A program made the position numbers and the translations under genes. Below the pieces are notes generated by a model. It was not told where the DNA came from, did not search any database, and worked only from the letters and a program-made list of their open reading frames with translations. Source: Flavobacteriales bacterium UBA1112 (GTDB lineage: Bacteria; Bacteroidota; Bacteroidia; Flavobacteriales_D; Sanyastnellaceae). From it: a DNA stretch of 49,732 bases. The stretch spans positions 1 to 49,732 of the forward strand of contig DCBH01000072.1 in the NCBI GenBank assembly GCA_002313415.1, read 5' to 3'. Below are positions 1 through 8,353 of the stretch, piece after piece (the first letter of the stretch is position 1; the number at the start of each line of letters is the position of its first letter).

Positions 1-1845
1 TTCCTTGCGTTTGCGCTTGTGTTTTTCTCGATTCATGTTTTGCAGGCTCAAAATACGGGTCTAGACTCTTTGCGGACAGTGGTGAACAATTCAATTCATG
101 TGCCCTTGGGGGTAGCGACTTTCAAAACGCCCGTAGAAGTGAAGGGGTACTGCCGCTTTTTAGGATATGCCAGGGATTTGAGCCATCATCACGGCGACCA
201 CAACACGCCGTTGGTTTTACGTGCTGATGACGAGTTCAACGCACCAAATTTGAATGTCAACGTCACTGTTAGACCTACGGATGAGAGTTTTCTTGCATTG
301 CAGCTGTTGACCTTTGATCCGTTTTCTGGAACAGACGTGGATGACAGAATTTTTAGGTTGTCACGGCAGGGATTGGTGTTGACTGCTGGAACTGTGAAGG
401 ACTATGGCCAATTTAAATTGTCTTTTGGTGGTACTCAATTCGTGGAGCTTGGAGACTTTTTGATGAGTTCTGCGAAGCAGGTGCAAAACTCTTTGTTTGA
501 CCGAAATGCTTGGACCTACGTCTGGCCGATTGGTGTCCAGCATGAGAATTATCACAGTCGTTCTGATTACCTCCGTGAGGTGGATTTTGGAAAAAGACAA
601 TTCAACGGCTTGCGATGGTCTGCAAAAGACTTACCCGGTCAGATGAGTGTCGACCTTGTCGTGGGTAAAACCCCCTTCAACATCCTCAATTTGCCTGATC
701 ACATTGTCGCGGGCCGCGTCGGGAAAAAATACCGCCTTCAGCGATTCGAACTGGGAGGAATGAGGTCAAGGGGCTTGGATGCTTGGACCAATGGTGAATC
801 CTACGGGATGACGGCGTTGTCCGCCTCACACAAAGGGAAATTGGGAGCCTTGAGTTTGAAAAGCGATGTGGCTTGGGGGCGTCATGAAATCTCATCTCAG
901 GGAGTCCGTCAAGGAGGGTTCGCGTTTCAAACGAATTTGGGTTTACCCCGAAGATGGATTGGTTTTCCATTGAACGTAGAGGTCTTCGCAGTATCTCAGT
1001 CATACGTGAACTTACATTCAGCATTGATCAATACGTCTGTGAATGGATTCAGCTCAGAAACGTCATCGTTTAGTGGAGCAACGGTTCAAGACGGAGCCAG
1101 GCCCTTTGGCGCAGTCTTGACACCGATGCATTTGATGGCAAACAATCGAGCCACCATTCGTCTGACTACGAATTTGGCTCAAGGTCCGTTCCGCGTGAAT
1201 TTGGGTTATTTGATTTCACGGGAGTTTGAGAATCTATCCTCCGAAGTCACCTTTTATCACAAGGTTACAGGCCTCTACATGTCTCGTGTAGATCGTTTTC
1301 AGCAGCAAGCAGGTCCAAACGGGGAAATCACCACATTTTTTAGAGGGGCATATCAACGCGTAGGCGTTCTGTCTGAGGAGGTAAGTTCGGCTCCCAGAGG
1401 ATACAATGCCTTTCGAATCAATGCCAAATGGAGGAACAAGGGCCTCAAAAATCCCGCATTTTTGTTCTATCTCGGAGAGTTTTTGAGCACCCAGGAGCAA
1501 CCGGCGTTGCTCCCAAAGATGGGAACATCTGCGTTGGTTCGCGCGCATTACCACGAAGTAGATGGTTACGTGCCTGTGAATGAGAAAACAGCCCTCGTAT
1601 TCTACACAGGTCTGGAGCGTATTGTCGGCAACGAAAACACCGAGGGGAAGGGTGTGAATGAACAGGGAAACCCGATGCACCTGGACGGTTTAGGCACGGC
1701 CCTGGGCTTAGGGTTAGACATCAGCATGACCAAATCTTCCTCGCTCTTTTTAAGGAGCAAAAGAGTGCGTTATCAGGACCGTTCTGATGCGGGAATGCGC
1801 TTGAGGGGTTGGGAGGCCACAGTTGAATTCAAAATACAGTTTTGA
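1..1845 (+). CDS. Putative outer-membrane beta-barrel protein, unknown family (5' partial)
   Basis: Frame 1 is open to base 1 and reads FLAFALVFFSIHVLQAQ, a signal-peptide hydrophobic core, so the true start lies upstream of the window. The GTG at 19 is only the ORF-caller start. The protein has 608+ aa, no internal hydrophobic helices, and ends ...EATVEFKIQF (terminal Phe, BAM beta-signal-like). No plug or TonB-box motif was recognised. Confidence 0.6.
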   Translation, partial: FLAFALVFFSIHVLQAQNTGLDSLRTVVNNSIHVPLGVATFKTPVEVKGYCRFLGYARDLSHHHGDHNTPLVLRADDEFNAPNLNVNVTVRPTDESFLALQLLTFDPFSGTDVDDRIFRLSRQGLVLTAGTVKDYGQFKLSFGGTQFVELGDFLMSSAKQVQNSLFDRNAWTYVWPIGVQHENYHSRSDYLREVDFGKRQFNGLRWSAKDLPGQMSVDLVVGKTPFNILNLPDHIVAGRVGKKYRLQRFELGGMRSRGLDAWTNGESYGMTALSASHKGKLGALSLKSDVAWGRHEISSQGVRQGGFAFQTNLGLPRRWIGFPLNVEVFAVSQSYVNLHSALINTSVNGFSSETSSFSGATVQDGARPFGAVLTPMHLMANNRATIRLTTNLAQGPFRVNLGYLISREFENLSSEVTFYHKVTGLYMSRVDRFQQQAGPNGEITTFFRGAYQRVGVLSEEVSSAPRGYNAFRINAKWRNKGLKNPAFLFYLGEFLSTQEQPALLPKMGTSALVRAHYHEVDGYVPVNEKTALVFYTGLERIVGNENTEGKGVNEQGNPMHLDGLGTALGLGLDISMTKSSSLFLRSKRVRYQDRSDAGMRLRGWEATVEFKIQF

Positions 1846-3578
1846 TGCGCAGTGTTACAATAAGATGTTTGAGGCATCGAATCATGCGAGCTTGGATCTT
1901 GTCAGTGATTTGCATTCCATTGGCTGCAACTGCTCAATATCCTTCGTTTGAACTTGGAGGTTTGGCTCGGGGTGTATCCGATGTAGGCTTTTTGACTGCA
2001 GAGGATACCATTGCGCGTGACGTGAATGTGGAATCGCATGCCATTTATGATTTGGCCTTGAGGGGAAAAATCACTGCCAAGGCTGAGATTTATACTGAAC
2101 TTCGATTGGGCACCAATTTGGCCTTGTTTGACACAAGCGCATCCTATGCACAAGTGAGAAGAGTCCTGCTGTCGGGACAGCTCACGCCGAGGTGGAATTA
2201 TGAGATAGGAGACATCGATGTGGTTGGGACGCCCTTCACAATTTGGAATTCAAACACGGAGGGGGCCGTTCAAGAGTCCGCATTGTTTTCTCAGTGGCGA
2301 CAACTTCAGAACTACGAGAATTTCAGTGAGTCAAATTCATGGAGATTGCGAGGAGCAAAATTTGAAGGAAATTGGTTGATGAAGAATGGAGGTGAGGTGA
2401 AAACGTCAAATTTTGTGTCGCGCGTTCAGGCTTCAGATGAAGTACTTCGGCCAGATGTTGTTTTGGTGGGCTCGACCTTGTCTTGGGAAAGAAGCAACAT
2501 CTTGGCCGCTGTAAGAGTGCTAGACTTTGCGACTCTTGGAAAGACCATTCCCGATGGCCGTGGAAGTCATGTCGCCAATTTGGGTGGTGAGGTGAAATGG
2601 AAAGGCGAGGAGTGGCACTTACACGCTGAACTTGGGGGTTCCACTGCGACTTCGCTGGACATGGATGGTGTGCCCAAAGACTCAAATTCACCAACAAAAG
2701 GTGGGTATTGGCATGTTTCAAGCCAGTTTGATTTGGGCGCATCATGGAACGCATTGATTTCTGCGCGTTCAGTGTCAGACGAGTATATGGCACCGGCTGC
2801 CCAAACCAAGCGCCTTGTTTTTGATGCCGCACCATCGTCATTTTCACAAATCGGCAACGGTACGTGGGCTCGTCCTTTGTCTCAGGGAGACCTGTTGACT
2901 GCACCATACATTCCCCGGGGCAGTCGTCCTTGGAATCGAGCGATTCAACGCGAATTGATGACTTTCGACCCCAGGTACGGTACTGCAAGTCCATATGGCT
3001 TGGCAACACCAAATCGCAGGGGGTTGGAGATGGAACTAGAACACGGAAATGCGGAGGAGCCCTGGTCTGTCGTTGCCCGTCTTTTTGCCCTTCAGGATTT
3101 GACCCCGGAAGGAAGTGTGGCACGAAGGAATTACGTCGGATATGCCATTGCTGGCCACTTCGATTTGGCGACACTTTGGACCGGAAATCGATCCTTAAAA
3201 ATGCAAGGGGGATGGCAAAGTCAAGCTGTACAACGACCAGAAATTCTATTAGATCCAGTTGATTTTACCTCTACGGTGTTCGATTTGGGTGTCGACTGGG
3301 CCCTGGGTGAAAACATTCAACTTGGATATGGCGCCAAGAGAATTTCATCTCAAGGACTTGAATATATTGCAGTGCGGGACATCAATTTTGAAGTGATTGG
3401 TTTTGAACGAACGACGTTAGATGTGACAGACATGCTTCACGCTTGTGGAGTAACGTGGAAAATCAATGATCGAACTGAATTGACGACGCAATGGCAAAAG
3501 TGGTTGCTTCGTGACGCGCTGCAGGGCCATGATGGATCAATTTCAAAAGTGCTGTTTCTCTTTCAATCCAAATTCTGA
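1845..3578 (+). CDS. Putative outer-membrane beta-barrel protein, unknown family (possible distant paralog of the upstream gene)
   Basis: The ATG at 1845 overlaps the upstream TGA (TGATG). An alternative ATG at 1884 gives MRAWILSVICIPLAATAQ, a clean signal peptide. About 565-577 aa, rich in G/S/T/N/aromatic residues, ending ...VLFLFQSKF (terminal Phe beta-signal). No plug domain was seen. Confidence 0.6.
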   Translation: MRSVTIRCLRHRIMRAWILSVICIPLAATAQYPSFELGGLARGVSDVGFLTAEDTIARDVNVESHAIYDLALRGKITAKAEIYTELRLGTNLALFDTSASYAQVRRVLLSGQLTPRWNYEIGDIDVVGTPFTIWNSNTEGAVQESALFSQWRQLQNYENFSESNSWRLRGAKFEGNWLMKNGGEVKTSNFVSRVQASDEVLRPDVVLVGSTLSWERSNILAAVRVLDFATLGKTIPDGRGSHVANLGGEVKWKGEEWHLHAELGGSTATSLDMDGVPKDSNSPTKGGYWHVSSQFDLGASWNALISARSVSDEYMAPAAQTKRLVFDAAPSSFSQIGNGTWARPLSQGDLLTAPYIPRGSRPWNRAIQRELMTFDPRYGTASPYGLATPNRRGLEMELEHGNAEEPWSVVARLFALQDLTPEGSVARRNYVGYAIAGHFDLATLWTGNRSLKMQGGWQSQAVQRPEILLDPVDFTSTVFDLGVDWALGENIQLGYGAKRISSQGLEYIAVRDINFEVIGFERTTLDVTDMLHACGVTWKINDRTELTTQWQKWLLRDALQGHDGSISKVLFLFQSKF

Positions 3579-3579
3579 C

Positions 3580-4575
3580 ATGTCGTTTTTTCTATCTAAC
3601 CCAAAACTTTTAGGCACTTGGGCCTTCGGTCTTGTCGTCATGTGCTTCGTTGGTTGCGCGAAAGAGGAGAGTCTAGGCCCCGACCTCGAAAGCCTATACG
3701 GGGACCTCGATTACACAGAAGCCTTCAGTCACAACATGCCGAATGGAGTTCATTTTGAGCAAGGGGATACGGTTCGTTTTTCTTGCGGTTTCAATTTGCC
3801 AGTGGCCTACACCTTGTCATTGACAGGCCAAACTTCGGGGGCGACTTACGCCTTTCAAGGTCAAGGCATGCACGAACTCGATGTGCTTTGGTTCGGAGAT
3901 TGTGACAACGTGTTTTTTAGACAAAATGAGTGGGTTTATTGTTTGCTCGAATTTCCCGATCATCCGGACGATTTCAAACTGGATTCAGTGTTTGTGTGGG
4001 AACAACCTGATTTGTCCAATCGAGGTTTGCTTCTGGCATCTTTTGAAGAGATCAACCCCATTTTCAGCATCAGCAGTGGAGAGTTTACGGAATCACTTGA
4101 CGTGGTCACCGAAGCGTTAGATGCGGTTGAGGGCGGTGCTTACATGCGTGGCATTGGTGCAGGTGCAGGTTCTTGGTTTGGTGCACTTAGGTTGCCGCTC
4201 GACCCCCAAGATTTGTTGGGGTCTAGTTTGGGGAATACGTATCTGAACGTCCACGTCCGAAGTGATTACGAGGGGTCTGCTTCCGTCATCAAATTGTTTG
4301 AAGATTCCAACGGAGATGGACTGGTGACGAGTGGGGAGGACGAGGTATTCACCACAAAGCTTGCTGTCAATGCCGACAACACCTGGCATCGCATCAGCAT
4401 CCCTTGGTCAGATTTTGAGCTCGATTTGTCTGGCAACAATGTGTCGATCAATGGTCAGATTGACTTGGATCAAATTTCTCGTTTGGATTGTACTGTAAGT
4501 CAAACGGGAACGGCAAGCGGCACATATGGATTGGATGTCGACTATGTCATTTTGACTTTCGATCAGCCGTTTTAA
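3580..4575 (+). CDS. Lipoprotein with a probable beta-sandwich glycan-binding C-terminal domain
   Basis: The ATG at 3580 lies 2 nt after the upstream stop. The signal is MSFFLSNPKLLGTWAFGLVVMCFVGC with a lipobox Cys. The C-terminal roughly 100 aa (VIKLFEDSNGDG...WHRISIPWSDFEL...YGLDVDYVILTF) resembles CBM/CIA30-like sandwich domains; this is a weak motif-level call. Confidence 0.6.
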   Translation: MSFFLSNPKLLGTWAFGLVVMCFVGCAKEESLGPDLESLYGDLDYTEAFSHNMPNGVHFEQGDTVRFSCGFNLPVAYTLSLTGQTSGATYAFQGQGMHELDVLWFGDCDNVFFRQNEWVYCLLEFPDHPDDFKLDSVFVWEQPDLSNRGLLLASFEEINPIFSISSGEFTESLDVVTEALDAVEGGAYMRGIGAGAGSWFGALRLPLDPQDLLGSSLGNTYLNVHVRSDYEGSASVIKLFEDSNGDGLVTSGEDEVFTTKLAVNADNTWHRISIPWSDFELDLSGNNVSINGQIDLDQISRLDCTVSQTGTASGTYGLDVDYVILTFDQPF

Positions 4576-4659
4576 AAAGTTCATTGAGCCACGGGGCGAA
4601 GACATTTGTCGGTCTTATTCCATAGCTTGTCCATTCATTATTTGATTTAATTTACTGTG

Positions 4660-6357
4660 ATGAAAAAAGCAGCCGTTTTTTCTTTTTTGTTTGTTGGAAT
4701 CTCGACAGTGTGGTCTCAAGCGGACAGTGTGTGCAACCCCTCTTTTGAGACAGGTTTAACGGATTGGCAGAATTTCGCCAACAACGGCGCGGTTGCCACC
4801 TTCGACACATCTGCAGTCGCTGCAACAGAGGGCGCAGTTGGCGCGGTCATTGACATTCAAGATGTGAGTGCAGGTACCTGTGTGCTCAGTGCTTGTGTCT
4901 CAGACATGTATGCCAACCAAACGTACCGCATGTCGTTTTGGGCAAAGTCTGACAACGCCGTGGAAGTGTTGGCGACCATTTCAAAAGCGTCACCTGGCTA
5001 CAACAATTATGCTTCAGCAAATGTCGTTTTAACCAGCGACTGGATGCAGTATGAAATAGCGGGTTCAGTTGACGATGATTTGCTGTCAGATGTGCGGTTG
5101 GCCAAATTCAAATTCTTGACAGAGGGCACGGTGATGATTGACGACATTCAAATTGACATTTTGGAACTCGCTCCTGAAATCTGTCAAGGAAATTTTGAGG
5201 TTGGTTTGGATACGTGGGCGGTGAATCAGAACAATGGCTCAATTGCAGCTGATTTGGATGTGAATGAATTCTCAGAAGGATCGCAATCGGCGAGATTGAC
5301 GGTGAATGTTGAGGATGGCTCTCCCATTTTCTCGAGCTGTTCATCTTACATGCCCGGGGCCACCTCGTTGTCGGTGCACTTTTCAGCAAAATCCGATTTC
5401 AACGGGGCAGTGCTCGAGGCGAAGACGGCTTTGCAAGCTGCTCCGTACACGGTGTTCGGAGAGACGGAAGCCACGTTGACCGAGGAGTGGCAGGAATTCA
5501 CCTTCACTTCATATTCTGAGGAAGAAATCAATGGTGTTCGTCTGGCCAAGTTTGCCTTTCAATCCAGCGGGGTGTTTTGGATTGACGATGTCTGGTTTGA
5601 AGAGGTGCCGCCAATGCCTGTTGTATGCAACGGAGATTTTGAATCGGCATTGGATTCGTGGACGGTATCTGTGTCTGAAGATGCAGAAGCAACTGTCGCT
5701 GCGACACCAGCAACCTCATATGATGGGGTGGTTTGTGCATTTGCAGAAGTGACTTCTCCCGGAGAAGCGCCATCTTCAGTTCAATTGTCGAGTTGCAGGG
5801 CTGGAGTGGTTCAAGATTCGACATACGCCGTGAGTGTTTGGGTGAAAGGGACAGAGCCTGGCCTTGCGTTCAATGTATCTACCGCGTACGCTGATGCGCC
5901 ATTTCAGAGCCTGCATGCAGAGTCATTTGTAACGGATACGGAATGGACTGAATACTGCTGGGAGTTCACAGCAGATTCCACGGTGTACGATGCTCTTCGT
6001 GTTGTCAAATTTCAATTCTTGGAAACAGGCACATACTACATTGACGGTGCAGCATTGAAGCCTTTAAGTCATGTTTGTTCCAATGACACCCAAAGTCTGG
6101 GGCAAGAGCAAATCCTTGCGGAAGTGTCGTGTTTTCCCAATCCGGTTCGCCAAAAACTGCATGTCGACATACCTGTATCGTGGGGAGTGGTTGAGGCCAA
6201 TTTGTTGTCAGGCTCAGGTCAGCATTTGAAACGGTTAGCCATTCAGGGGCAGACGACAATCGACGTGCAATTTCTAACGCCCGGGTTTTACTTTTTGGTC
6301 TTGAATGGAGAAGAAGGTCGACGTTTCACAAAGGCCATCCAAGTCACATCGATTTGA
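4660..6357 (+). CDS. Secreted protein with three tandem CBM4/9-like carbohydrate-binding modules and a T9SS C-terminal sorting domain
   Basis: Signal peptide MKKAAVFSFLFVGISTVWSQ. Three modules of about 145 aa each open with C-[NQ]-x-x-FE-x-x-L-x-x-W and close with RL(A/V)KF.F...IDD. The C-terminus (CFPNPV...LTPGFYFLVL...) is a typical Por/T9SS CTD. Confidence 0.75.
   Translation: MKKAAVFSFLFVGISTVWSQADSVCNPSFETGLTDWQNFANNGAVATFDTSAVAATEGAVGAVIDIQDVSAGTCVLSACVSDMYANQTYRMSFWAKSDNAVEVLATISKASPGYNNYASANVVLTSDWMQYEIAGSVDDDLLSDVRLAKFKFLTEGTVMIDDIQIDILELAPEICQGNFEVGLDTWAVNQNNGSIAADLDVNEFSEGSQSARLTVNVEDGSPIFSSCSSYMPGATSLSVHFSAKSDFNGAVLEAKTALQAAPYTVFGETEATLTEEWQEFTFTSYSEEEINGVRLAKFAFQSSGVFWIDDVWFEEVPPMPVVCNGDFESALDSWTVSVSEDAEATVAATPATSYDGVVCAFAEVTSPGEAPSSVQLSSCRAGVVQDSTYAVSVWVKGTEPGLAFNVSTAYADAPFQSLHAESFVTDTEWTEYCWEFTADSTVYDALRVVKFQFLETGTYYIDGAALKPLSHVCSNDTQSLGQEQILAEVSCFPNPVRQKLHVDIPVSWGVVEANLLSGSGQHLKRLAIQGQTTIDVQFLTPGFYFLVLNGEEGRRFTKAIQVTSI
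4732..6048 (+). repeat. Three tandem CBM-like protein modules of about 440 bp (4732-5154, 5182-5598, 5626-6048)
   Basis: The repeat is at protein level: CNPSFETGLTDWQNF / CQGNFEVGLDTWAV / CNGDFESALDSWTV at module starts, and VRLAKFKFLTEGTVMIDDI / VRLAKFAFQSSGVFWIDDV / LRVVKFQFLETGTYYIDGA at module ends. The DNA copies have diverged and are not recent duplicates. Confidence 0.75.
6130..6354 (+). other. T9SS (Por) C-terminal sorting domain
   Basis: CFPNPVRQKLHVDIPVSW...IDVQFLTPGFYFLVLNGEEGRRFTKAIQVTSI-stop: an FPNP start, a GxY/F-hydrophobic motif and a basic/hydrophobic terminal strand. Confidence 0.75.
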
Positions 6358-6376
6358 TTGTTTGATGCTTTTGGAA

Positions 6377-8353
6377 ATGAAACATCTCAGCCTCATCATG
6401 CTCATTGCAGGTTCGTGCAATGTGCTTTTTGGTCAGGGCGATGACGTTTTTCCAATTTCTGTCACAAGACAATTTCATCCACCCACTTCGGTGCTGTGGG
6501 AAAATCCCAATGACGGAAGCCCTTCTGAATATGTACTGTCGCCCCAGGGCATTTCAGCTCCTGTCAAAGGCAGTCACTTTGGGTACACTCATCCCCACTT
6601 CTTGGGTGACGCCTCTGTCGAGGATACAGCCCTTGTTGCAAGGAGTCGGGCCCTTGGGCCCGCTTACATTAGATTTCCAGGAGGCAACGGAAGCAACAAA
6701 TATTTCTGGGATGGCAATCTCCCTGTCGCAATTTTGCAGGACGATGTTGTAACTGTTGATGGGTTGATTGACCCCGATGCATTCAACATGGGCATTGATG
6801 AGTTATTCCAAATTTGTGATTCTACAGGTGCAGAACCCGTCCTCGTTGTCAATTTTTCATTTGCGCGATACGGGCCTGGTGAGGACCGCGTGGCGAATGC
6901 AGCGGGGTATGCTGCGGATTGGGTACGTCATGTGAATCAGACGTTAGGCAGAAATGTCCGCTACTGGGAAATTGGCAACGAAAACTACGGCCCATGGCAG
7001 GCTGGTTATATGGTCGAAGGAGAACAGATTACAGGGACCATGTATGGCGAAATGTTCCAAGTTTTTGCAGATTCAATGAAATCTGCAGATCCATCCATCC
7101 AACTTGGGGCAGTCATTTATCCTTTGGATGAGGATTACGACGATTGGACTGCAGGGGTGTTGCCCGAGGTTCAAAATCACGCCGATTTCCTGATTGTACA
7201 CGACTATTTTACCTTCAGTCCCAACGAGAACAACATTTCATACTCACAAATGATGGCTAGTGTGTCTGAAGTGTCGGAGGACGCAGCTTCGGTGAGGTCC
7301 ATGGTATCGCAATACACCTCGAAGGACCCAGATCATTTTGCGCTCGCATTCACAGAGTTCAACTCCAACACGGGAAACCGCGAGGTGGCCATGGCCAATG
7401 CCCTCTTCATCGCACGTGTATTGCTTGCCCAAATTGAAGAAGGCTTCGATTTGTCGATGATTTGGAATTTGCAGAGTGGCGTTGCGCCAGACGGGGGCAG
7501 CCATGGCTTGTTGGCCAAAAACAGCCCATTCCAACCTGACGCCTCTCCTCGACCCACATATTTGACGTGTTGGTTGTTGCAGAAGTATTTGGGAGTTTCC
7601 ATTCAGCCAATGATTACGGGCATTTCTGGGGTGTACGCAGTTGAAACGATGCAGGCCGACGGTGCACGCGGTGGTGTCCTCATCAATACCAGTTCACAAG
7701 CGCGCAACGTCACATGGGATTCTCCGTCTTCGTTTAAACCTTATGTGCATTGGGATGTCTTGAGTGCACCGCACGAGACCTCCAAATTGGTGGCCTTGAA
7801 TGGCATCAGTCCGTCGAGTGTGGAGGGAGGACCTGTGGCCCCTGAACGTATGATGAGTCGAGGAACGTTGGAGCCAGGTGCGGTAATCTTTACCGTCCCT
7901 GCTTACTCAATCTTGGCCTTTTCGAGGGCTTCGGCATTGGAAACAGAGACAATCGTTTCTTGTGAGCCATACACACTGAACAATCAACTCTACACGTCCT
8001 CCGCACTCGTTTCAACATACAGTCTCGACTCTCAGACAGGCATTGCAGTTCCATCGCAATATGAGCTTCTCATTGCCGAACCTGGTTATTGCAGCACTGA
8101 GGGGTGCATGGATTCAAATTTTCTCGAATTTGACCCTTTTGCAGTGGCGGACAATGGTTCTTGCCAAACCCCAGTTGTCTTGGGCTGCATGTACAACGAA
8201 GCCGCCAACTTTAATCCAGCGGCCAACGTTGACGATGGCTCTTGTTCGATGATTGTAGATGAGAATTGTCCCGAAGATTTGGATGGTGACGGCAGCGTGA
8301 ATACGTCGGATTTGCTCGTGTTGCTGTCCACCTTTTCAGCCATCTGTCCGTGA
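6377..8353 (+). CDS. Secreted clan GH-A (TIM-barrel) glycoside hydrolase with GH51-like motifs, two Cys-bracketed 21-aa repeats and a dockerin-like tail
   Basis: The ATG at 6377 gives signal MKHLSLIMLIAGSCNVLFGQ. Motifs are IRFPGGNGSNKYFW, RYWEIGNENYGPWQAGY (candidate acid/base Glu; compare GH51 GNEMDGPWQ) and LAFTEFNSN (candidate nucleophile Glu). The family assignment is from memory of motifs only. Confidence 0.75.
   Translation: MKHLSLIMLIAGSCNVLFGQGDDVFPISVTRQFHPPTSVLWENPNDGSPSEYVLSPQGISAPVKGSHFGYTHPHFLGDASVEDTALVARSRALGPAYIRFPGGNGSNKYFWDGNLPVAILQDDVVTVDGLIDPDAFNMGIDELFQICDSTGAEPVLVVNFSFARYGPGEDRVANAAGYAADWVRHVNQTLGRNVRYWEIGNENYGPWQAGYMVEGEQITGTMYGEMFQVFADSMKSADPSIQLGAVIYPLDEDYDDWTAGVLPEVQNHADFLIVHDYFTFSPNENNISYSQMMASVSEVSEDAASVRSMVSQYTSKDPDHFALAFTEFNSNTGNREVAMANALFIARVLLAQIEEGFDLSMIWNLQSGVAPDGGSHGLLAKNSPFQPDASPRPTYLTCWLLQKYLGVSIQPMITGISGVYAVETMQADGARGGVLINTSSQARNVTWDSPSSFKPYVHWDVLSAPHETSKLVALNGISPSSVEGGPVAPERMMSRGTLEPGAVIFTVPAYSILAFSRASALETETIVSCEPYTLNNQLYTSSALVSTYSLDSQTGIAVPSQYELLIAEPGYCSTEGCMDSNFLEFDPFAVADNGSCQTPVVLGCMYNEAANFNPAANVDDGSCSMIVDENCPEDLDGDGSVNTSDLLVLLSTFSAICP
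8102..8245 (+). repeat. Two 21-aa Cys-bracketed modules (8102-8164, 8183-8245): GC-x17-(N/D)GSC
   Basis: GCMDSNFLEFDPFAVADNGSC and GCMYNEAANFNPAANVDDGSC are separated by QTPVVL. They share the pattern GCM-x3-(F/A)-x-(F/N)-(D/N)P-x-A-x-x-D-(N/D)-GSC. Confidence 0.6.
8267..8350 (+). other. Single dockerin/EF-hand-like calcium-binding repeat bracketed by Cys-Pro at the extreme C-terminus
   Basis: CPEDLDGDGSVNTSDLLVLLSTFSAICP-stop. It contains the D-x-D/N-x-DG-x-V-x3-D-x-L-x-LL pattern of a dockerin type I repeat, but only one copy. Confidence 0.6.

Noticed and set aside
2323-3174. 283-aa minus-strand ORF
   Set aside because: It is antisense to the second beta-barrel gene. It has a Pro/Arg/Ser-rich composition and no signal or motifs.
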